In this document: piece by piece, positions 58,006 to 64,000 of the stretch
Layout of the letters: every line of letters begins with the position of its first letter
Position numbering within the stretch: position 1 is the stretch's first letter
Source of the DNA: Desulfovibrio sp.
GTDB lineage: Bacteria; Desulfobacterota; Desulfovibrionia; Desulfovibrionales; Desulfovibrionaceae
Length of the DNA stretch: 64,000 nucleotides
Reading direction: 5' to 3'
Assembly (NCBI GenBank): GCA_031290615.1
Contig: JAITNF010000075.1
Location: forward strand, 5,845 to 69,844
Notes under the pieces: model-generated
The model's input: the letters and a program-made list of their open reading frames with translations, nothing else
Databases searched by the model: none
What the model was told of the DNA's origin: nothing
Program-made: the position numbers and the translations under genes

Positions 58006-59388
58006 CTACTTCTTCTTGTGGCTTGAACGCAGATGCAGGCGCATGGGCGCGTGGGCGATGCCGAATATCTTGCGGAGCGTGTGTTCCAGGTAGCGTACAT
58101 AATTTTCCGGCACACGCTCCGCGTCGTTGACAAAAAAAACAAAGGTGGGCGGCGCGGTTTCGGCTTGGGTGAGATAATAAAATTTTATCCGCACCCGTTT
58201 GACCACAGGAGGCTGATGTTTTGCGAGCGCTTCCGCCATGGCCCGGTTGAGCTGTCCTGTAGATACACGAGCTTGGCATTCACGGTGAATTTTTTCCGCC
58301 AGAGGCAGAATTTTGTCGAGGGCATGCCCCGTGTTGGCGGAAACCGGCAGCACGGGCACATGCGCGCAGAAGGCCAGCATGGCGCGGATATTCTTTTCCA
58401 GTTGTTTGAGGGCCGTGCGCGGAGCCAGATCGCATTTGTTGATGAGCACGCAAAAGGGAATTTTGCGTGTGTTCAGAAGATCCATGAGACGCTTATCCTG
58501 CTGGCTAACGCCTTCGGCCGCGTCCAGTACAAGGAGGGTCATATCCGCTTTGCCGACGGATTTGAGGGCCGAGCTGACCGAATATTTCTCCACGCTGTCC
58601 GTTATTTTCGCGCGTCGGCGCACGCCAGCCGTATCCACAAAAACATAATCCCACCCGTCGCGGGCAAAACGTACGTCCACGCTGTCGCGGGTGGTGCCCG
58701 CAATGGTGGAAACAATCATCCTTGCCTCGCCGGAAAGAGCGTTGACAAGAGATGATTTCCCAGCGTTTGGCCGTCCAAGCATGGCAAGACGCAGGGTCGT
58801 AGCTTTCTGCGCCGGGCTGTCAGCTGGAGCGTCTGCCAAGGGAGCGAGGGCGGCAAGCATATCGGCAAGCAGGGGCATATTGTGCCCGTGCTCGGCGGAA
58901 ACCGCGACAACCGGCAGGCCTAGGGCGTAAAACTCTGCCGTCAGTTCGTCTTCCCGCTCAATTCCGTCCACCTTGTTGACAACGCACAGGGCGGGCAGGC
59001 CTGTGCGGCGTAAGTAGAATGCCAGATGCTCGTCCAAGGGCAAAAGGCCGTCGCGTCCGTCCACAACCAGAGCAAGGCCTGCGGCGGCGGCCAGCGCCGT
59101 CTCGGTCTGGCGCAGGATATCTTCCTCAAAACCGCGCGATTCTTCCGGACCTTCGGTCACGGCGGCATGCGCGCCCAAGGTTACGCCGCCGGTGTCCACA
59201 ACGGCGAAGGCTGGCAGGGAGCTCCGCAGCACAGTGCCCTCCATGCGGTCGCGCGTCACGCCCGGCCTGTCATGGGTAATGGCGCGGTTGGCGCGGATAA
59301 GACGGTTAAATAGGGTGGATTTGCCCACATTGGGACGTCCTGTCAGCACAATGCGGGGAAGAGCGTTTTCGGCTTGTATTTCAGGCAT
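58006..59388 (-). CDS. der: Ribosome biogenesis GTPase Der (EngA)
   Basis: Two G domains (GRPNVGKS, DTGG, NKVD; GRPNAGKS, DTAG, NKCD) and a KH-like C-terminus. Confidence 0.97.
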   Translation of the reverse strand: MPEIQAENALPRIVLTGRPNVGKSTLFNRLIRANRAITHDRPGVTRDRMEGTVLRSSLPAFAVVDTGGVTLGAHAAVTEGPEESRGFEEDILRQTETALAAAAGLALVVDGRDGLLPLDEHLAFYLRRTGLPALCVVNKVDGIEREDELTAEFYALGLPVVAVSAEHGHNMPLLADMLAALAPLADAPADSPAQKATTLRLAMLGRPNAGKSSLVNALSGEARMIVSTIAGTTRDSVDVRFARDGWDYVFVDTAGVRRRAKITDSVEKYSVSSALKSVGKADMTLLVLDAAEGVSQQDKRLMDLLNTRKIPFCVLINKCDLAPRTALKQLEKNIRAMLAFCAHVPVLPVSANTGHALDKILPLAEKIHRECQARVSTGQLNRAMAEALAKHQPPVVKRVRIKFYYLTQAETAPPTFVFFVNDAERVPENYVRYLEHTLRKIFGIAHAPMRLHLRSSHKKK

Positions 59389-59599
59389 GCTCAGTTGTTC
59401 TTGGCGTATCGCGATGTTGTAATTCGGAAAACACGGACGGACCACGCAGACTTTGACGGTTGACTTTTAACCTAAAAAGGTGGCGCAGGCAAGCAGAATT
59501 TGTCCTGTTTTTTTCGCAGGACAAGCGCACAAAAATATCGAGAGTTTCACCTTTGTGATGATTTTTTCGGCATAACTATTTGTATTTAATAACTCAATC

Positions 59600-59800
59600 T
59601 CTGTAAAAGTGAATCTCTTAAAATATCAGGCTGTGTCAGCAGCCAAAGCAGAATCCGGGAAGTAGTTAAATCGTTTCTTGCTGATCAATCTGTTGCGTTG
59701 CGGTTCGGACAGAGGCTTGTTGCGCATGCCTTTGTTAATGATACCATCAAATATTATTTTTTGGTTTTTCTCACGTAGTTCAAGCAACTTTCCGAAAAAT
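59600..59800 (-). mobile_element. IS5-family transposase C-terminal remnant (paralogous to 53590-53875)
   Basis: DGIINKGMRNKPLSEPQRNRLISKKRF. Nucleotide similarity ttcgg(a/c)cagaggcttg(t/c)tgcgcatgccttt with 53641-53670. Confidence 0.65.
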
Positions 59801-59917
59801 TCTTTACCTTGTATTCATAATACGCCATCATCGACTTGCAACAGGCATATGCAAGCAAGTCGGTAACTTCAATCACACACAACAGCATGTTCAGGATAAA
59901 AATATCCGGAAGAATTT

Positions 59918-60571
59918 ATGGCGGAAAATCGACACAATGCCATTGACGAACTCTCGTCCCTGACCACGGAATCTTGGCGTATTTTTCGCATCATGGCCGA
60001 AATGGTGGAAGGCTTTGACACCCTTAACGGGATCAACGCCAAATGCGTTTCCATTTTCGGCTCCGCCCGCGCCACTCCGGACAGTCAGCCTTACAAGGAT
60101 GCGGAAAAACTCGCCGCCAGCCTTGTAGATGCCGGTTTCGGCATCATCACCGGCGGTGGGCCGGGCATAATGGAGGCGGCCAACAAGGGTGCAAGCGAGG
60201 CAGGGGGCGTATCCATCGGTCTGCACATCCATCTCCCCCACGAACAGAGCTGCAATCAGTATGTGAAAATCAGCTGCGCTTTTCGATATTTTTTCGTCCG
60301 CAAGCTCATGTTTGTCAAATACGCCATGGCTTATGTGGCCATGCCCGGCGGCATGGGCACTATAGACGAGCTTTCGGAAGCCTTTGTGCTGGCACAGACG
60401 GGCCGCCACTTCCCTATTGTCCTCTATAATTCCGGTTATTGGAGCGGGCTGATGCAATGGCTGCGCACTTCCATGGCAGGGGGGGGGTTCATACACGAAG
60501 GAGAGATCGACCGCTTCATCACCCTGTGCGACAAGCCGGAAGACGTGCTCAACCACCTGTCAATTGTCTAA
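59918..60571 (+). CDS. LOG-family (TIGR00730) nucleotide monophosphate nucleosidase-like protein
   Basis: VSIFGSAR, TGGGPGIMEAANKGA, YFFVRK, PGGMGTIDE. Contains a G9 tract at 60479-60487. Confidence 0.9.
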   Translation: MAENRHNAIDELSSLTTESWRIFRIMAEMVEGFDTLNGINAKCVSIFGSARATPDSQPYKDAEKLAASLVDAGFGIITGGGPGIMEAANKGASEAGGVSIGLHIHLPHEQSCNQYVKISCAFRYFFVRKLMFVKYAMAYVAMPGGMGTIDELSEAFVLAQTGRHFPIVLYNSGYWSGLMQWLRTSMAGGGFIHEGEIDRFITLCDKPEDVLNHLSIV

Positions 60572-61076
60572 GCTCTGGTCCCGCGTTTTCGCGCCTGCGG
60601 GCCCTGTGCCGCCCCCACCGCCAGGACATACTTGGGAGGGTTTGATGGACATGGCTTTGTGCCTTGCCCGCCAAGGCGCTGAAGCCGGGGAAACGCCTGT
60701 CGGGGCACTGGTGGTGGGGGCGGGAGGGCGTGTTCTCGCCGAGGCCCGCAATACGCCCATAGGTCTTGCCGATCCTACGGCACACGCGGAAATACTGGCT
60801 CTGCGGGCGGCGGGCACGGCCTTGGGCAATTACCGCCTCAAGGGATGCAGTCTTGTTGTAACCTTGGAGCCCTGCCCCATGTGCGCGGCGGCCCTTGTCC
60901 ACGCGCGAATAGACGGTCTGGTTTTTGGCGCGGCCGATATTTTAGCCGGGGCGGTCATTTCTCACACGGAATACCTGGACATGCCAGCATGTCACAAAAT
61001 CTGGCACATGGGCGGCGTGCGTGCGCAAGACTGCGCCGATCTGTTGCGTGATTTTTTTGCGGAAAGGCGAAGATAA
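60564..61076 (+). CDS. tadA: tRNA adenosine(34) deaminase
   Basis: GETPVGA, DPTAHAEI, VTLEPCPMCAAAL; start codon uncertain. Confidence 0.9.
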   Translation: MSKLWSRVFAPAGPVPPPPPGHTWEGLMDMALCLARQGAEAGETPVGALVVGAGGRVLAEARNTPIGLADPTAHAEILALRAAGTALGNYRLKGCSLVVTLEPCPMCAAALVHARIDGLVFGAADILAGAVISHTEYLDMPACHKIWHMGGVRAQDCADLLRDFFAERRR

Positions 61077-61229
61077 GTTGCTATAATTCGGATGAGATTC
61101 ACCGGATGGGTTCCGATTGCGCCAGTAGATTTTTATGGTTCATCCGGTTAAAATGTACTTTACCTCATGAATAGCCAGTATCTTGAGTTTGAAAAAAGGT
61201 AGTGTGTTAGTTTGAAATTAACGTTTTAG

Positions 61230-61882
61230 TTCGCTGTTTGTAGGTCTCCCGCCTCTTTGAGAAGGCCATGGTCTTTCTTGTATGTCGGCGGTTGAGTATT
61301 CCGGTAGTGAGATTAAAACGCCCAGTGTAGCTGGCGGATATATTTTCCCCATCCGGATTACCACTGATCGTCCGCTTGTTTGCACCAGCATAACGTGACT
61401 TGCCGTAATAATTTTTGACCGGCACGGCATAATCAGCCTCCACGCCAAGCGCATTTAATCCACGTATCCATCAGGTTATGAGTTCGATTCGATTTGCCAT
61501 ACGTTCAGACAGGCTTTAAAGGCTTGCGTTGGACGTATTCTTTTGTTCGTAAATTCGTTCGCCGAGCAATTATCATTTTGGTGTTAACATCCACCGCAAC
61601 CAGGGCCCAGGTATTTCCAAAAACTAACATACCCTGCTTGTCAGGGGATACATTCTTCTTTTTTGCATAACAAAATGTCCGGATTTCATCACACTGTACC
61701 CGTTTTGCGCGAATATTATGAATGCCTTTGTTATGATACTCCAAACAGGCTTTTTCAGCATCAACCAGTCATTCTAAACCGTATTGACAGCCACATCAGT
61801 CAGGCGTGCCACACCCTTTATACTCCGCCTTCCACCAAAACCCGGAGAATCTGGCACGTTTTTCAGAAGGGAACTGATTCAT
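61230..61882 (-). mobile_element. IS1-like (DDE) transposase pseudogene
   Basis: MNQFPSEKRA, RLTDVAVNTV, ACLEYHNKGIHNIRAKRVQCDEI, VAVDVNTKM, ISGNPD..ISASYTGRFNLT, AFSK; multiple stops and frameshifts. Confidence 0.7.
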
Positions 61883-61928
61883 TCGGGTGCGGAATAGTTC
61901 ATATGAACAAGAAAATAAATCTGTTTTG

Positions 61929-62268
61929 TTACAATAATTGTAATACTTCATCATTCATATCAAGCAATATGGATGCCAGTTTTCTGAAATTAGACTCATG
62001 TTTTTCATCAATATTCGCCGTGGAAGACTTTTCAAATATACAAAAAAGCTCTATGCTCTATGCGCAGCAGGATGAGCAAAATGATGATTCTGTAGCCTCT
62101 CGATCTTCCTTCTCCAGACCTTGCAACACGCTACTTGTATTCGCCTGGAGCCAAATTTACATCTATCAATCCATTTTTAATACGCTCAAGGGTTTCCAGC
62201 AATACCTTATCGGCAACGGATTCACGCCGCACCCAGCGACTGAATATTTTTGATTTGAATCCTCTCAT
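61929..62268 (-). pseudogene. RelE/HigB-2-like type II toxin pseudogene
   Basis: MRGFKSKIFSRWVRRE...GLIDVNLAPGEYK*RVARSGEGRSRGYRII...FEKSSTANID; TAG at 62131-62133 plus a frameshift. Confidence 0.75.
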
Positions 62269-62329
62269 TCGGGACCGGCATAACAGAGCAATAATGCTCT
62301 TGCAAGATTAGAAAATTGTTATTCTGACA

Positions 62330-62545
62330 TTATGAGTACCTCTTCTTGTCATTCATTCAAAAAAATCACACTCTTGAGTTGTAATGACAAATCTAGCCAA
62401 GGCGCTCCAGTCTTTGCTGTCCACATTACAAGCTTCTACAAATAAACGATTATCGGCACATGTTCCCGCCAGAATCTTCAGACTTCCCCGGCAATGCGTC
62501 CTTTATCCGCTAATTATGAATGTCGATAGTACTTAGTACATCTCT
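62330..62545 (-). mobile_element. IS5-family (IS427/IS1031-type) transposase N-terminal remnant
   Basis: RIKDALPGK, DNRLFVEA, WTAKTGAPWLDL. Confidence 0.65.
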
Positions 62546-62795
62546 CAGCCGGAATTCTGGCTGACGAAATAATTTTTTTGAATAGTTCGTCAGAATTATT
62601 TACAAAGCTCGTGCGCGCTGAGCCTTGTTGAGCTCATTGAATTTCTTCCACTCCGGCATTAACATTATTACGGCCAAACGCAGCTTCAAAGAAACTTTTT
62701 CCTCTCCAGATTTTGCCGTAAACCCTGATAGTCAATCCTGAAATTCCATCGGCACGCCTTTTATCGTAATATGAAACTGAGCTGGATAATCCTGT

Positions 62796-64000
62796 TTACT
62801 GAAACAGTATGCCTTCCGGCGTCGGCACGCCAAGCAGCATGGCAAAGACCAGCCACACGGCAAGGCACATTATGAGGGTCAGCAGACAGGCGGCAACATA
62901 AGGGGAGCCGCCGGAGTTGTTAAGAATAATGGCCGAAAGGCAAAGAAAGAAAGAGCTGGACGGATAAAAACCAAGAATGGGAATAAAGGCCGCATATGCG
63001 ACGGACGCGACGACTATAACAGCTACGCGGCGCATGTTCACAGGCTCCTCATCGGACGAAACGCCACCGGCCAGACGGCGTCTTTTCAAGACTCCCTGAA
63101 AGCAGAGATAAAGTCCCATCAGTGTGATAAACGCCAAAAGCAGCAGGGCGTAGCTTCTGCCCACATCTTCCAGTTCAAATATCTGGGTGAAAAAGACCAC
63201 CGAGATCAGAAGGACAAAAAACCCGGACATCACGTCTTTCAGCCAGTCCTCCGGGACGGTCAGCACAGGCTGCGCGGACAGACCGGCTTCAGCCGCCGCG
63301 CGTTGATGCCACAAATGCATGATGAAAGGCGTGCACAGGGAAAGCAAGGTCAGACAGATCAATATAAGCGTAATAGGACTGTCCAGAAAAACCTGTATGA
63401 CAGAGTCTCTGGAAGCCTTGGAAAGGCTCACGCATTTGCCGAAATTTTCTTCAATCATCGGCCCCAGAATAATGCCGAGGGCCATGGCCCCCGTGTCCAA
63501 TTTGACCCGGTTGCAGAAGTATCCGAGAATACCGAAAATCAGGGCAATCCAGACGTCCAGCATGCTGTTGCGTATGGCGTATGCTCCGATGACCGAAAGC
63601 AGCACGATGCCGATGGCCACAAAGGTGAGCCGGACACGAAGCAGGCGAACCAGCACTTTGACAAGCAGCAGACCAACGGGAATCATGAGCAGATTCACGA
63701 CAAACTGGGAAAAAATGAAAGTATAGGCCAGTTCGCCCGTGACCGTGAAGACTTTGAAACCAGGCTGAATGCCCTTGGCCAGCAGCGCACCCAGAATGAC
63801 GGCGGCAACCGCGCTGCCGGGAATGCCCAAAGTGAGCATGGGAATAAACGAGCCGCCTATAACGGCGTTATTGGCGCTTTCGCTGGAAGCCACGCCCTCA
63901 ACGATGCCGGTGCCGTAACGGTCCGGCCGCTTGTCCCATCGTTTGCTTTCATTATAGGCAATGATGGAGGCTATTTCCCCGCCCGCGCCCGGCAACATGC
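62796..64000 (-). CDS. Tripartite tricarboxylate transporter TctA permease fused to a C-terminal TctB-like domain; 5' end beyond the right edge
   Basis: LPGAGGEIA, EGVASSESANNA, PMLTLGIPGS, LGIILGPMIEEN, then four more TMs with LGFYPSS and LLGVPTPEG. Confidence 0.85.
   Translation of the reverse strand, partial: MLPGAGGEIASIIAYNESKRWDKRPDRYGTGIVEGVASSESANNAVIGGSFIPMLTLGIPGSAVAAVILGALLAKGIQPGFKVFTVTGELAYTFIFSQFVVNLLMIPVGLLLVKVLVRLLRVRLTFVAIGIVLLSVIGAYAIRNSMLDVWIALIFGILGYFCNRVKLDTGAMALGIILGPMIEENFGKCVSLSKASRDSVIQVFLDSPITLILICLTLLSLCTPFIMHLWHQRAAAEAGLSAQPVLTVPEDWLKDVMSGFFVLLISVVFFTQIFELEDVGRSYALLLLAFITLMGLYLCFQGVLKRRRLAGGVSSDEEPVNMRRVAVIVVASVAYAAFIPILGFYPSSSFFLCLSAIILNNSGGSPYVAACLLTLIMCLAVWLVFAMLLGVPTPEGILFQ

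Noticed and set aside
61101-61148. Inverted repeat accggatg...catccggt after tadA, considered as tRNA or terminator
   Set aside because: No cloverleaf or TTCGA T-loop; 8-bp stem with a long loop and no adjacent U tract.
62550-62790. Coding-like sequence downstream of tctA-tctB, possibly a tctC remnant
   Set aside because: No TctC motif recognisable.

Overview
This is a chromosomal window from a Desulfovibrio-like (Desulfovibrionaceae) bacterium. The taxon is inferred from gene families and gene order, not from a database search. GC-rich blocks of intact housekeeping genes (bioB, fused bioD-bioA, cobU, ffh-rpsP-khpA-rimM, dnaJ-rpoZ, pepA-cobA/hemD-purN, gpmI-rsfS, metF-larC-coaBC, glpFK, plsC-like-rarA-rsmE-der, LOG-tadA) alternate with AT-richer patches of frameshifted or deleted genes. 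The decayed genes include an autotransporter, a flavin reductase, a methyltransferase, an RM/defence methylase, GT2, DMT, CDF and a RelE-type toxin. The patches also hold remnants of IS5, IS4, IS1595, IS110, IS1-like and ISAs1-like elements, TA-flanked MITEs and two group II intron RT fragments, which suggests an eroding, probably host-associated genome. The best candidate for an undescribed system is the intact minus-strand cluster at 16110-24933. It encodes a ketosynthase-less AT-ACP-DH polyketide-type protein, a TolC lipoprotein, a membrane fusion protein with no ABC/RND partner, a Wzx/MOP flippase, a GT4 and a WalW-like deacetylase, and it sits directly behind rimM. Other leads are a biotin operon with a coupled SSS transporter, a motif-less ornithine carbamoyltransferase paralogue, a neuB-LIC12162-Sel1 operon, a Tat DUF362/polyferredoxin pair and a TctA-TctB fusion. 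No rRNA, tRNA or CRISPR array was recognised. All family assignments are motif recognition by eye, not computed hits.
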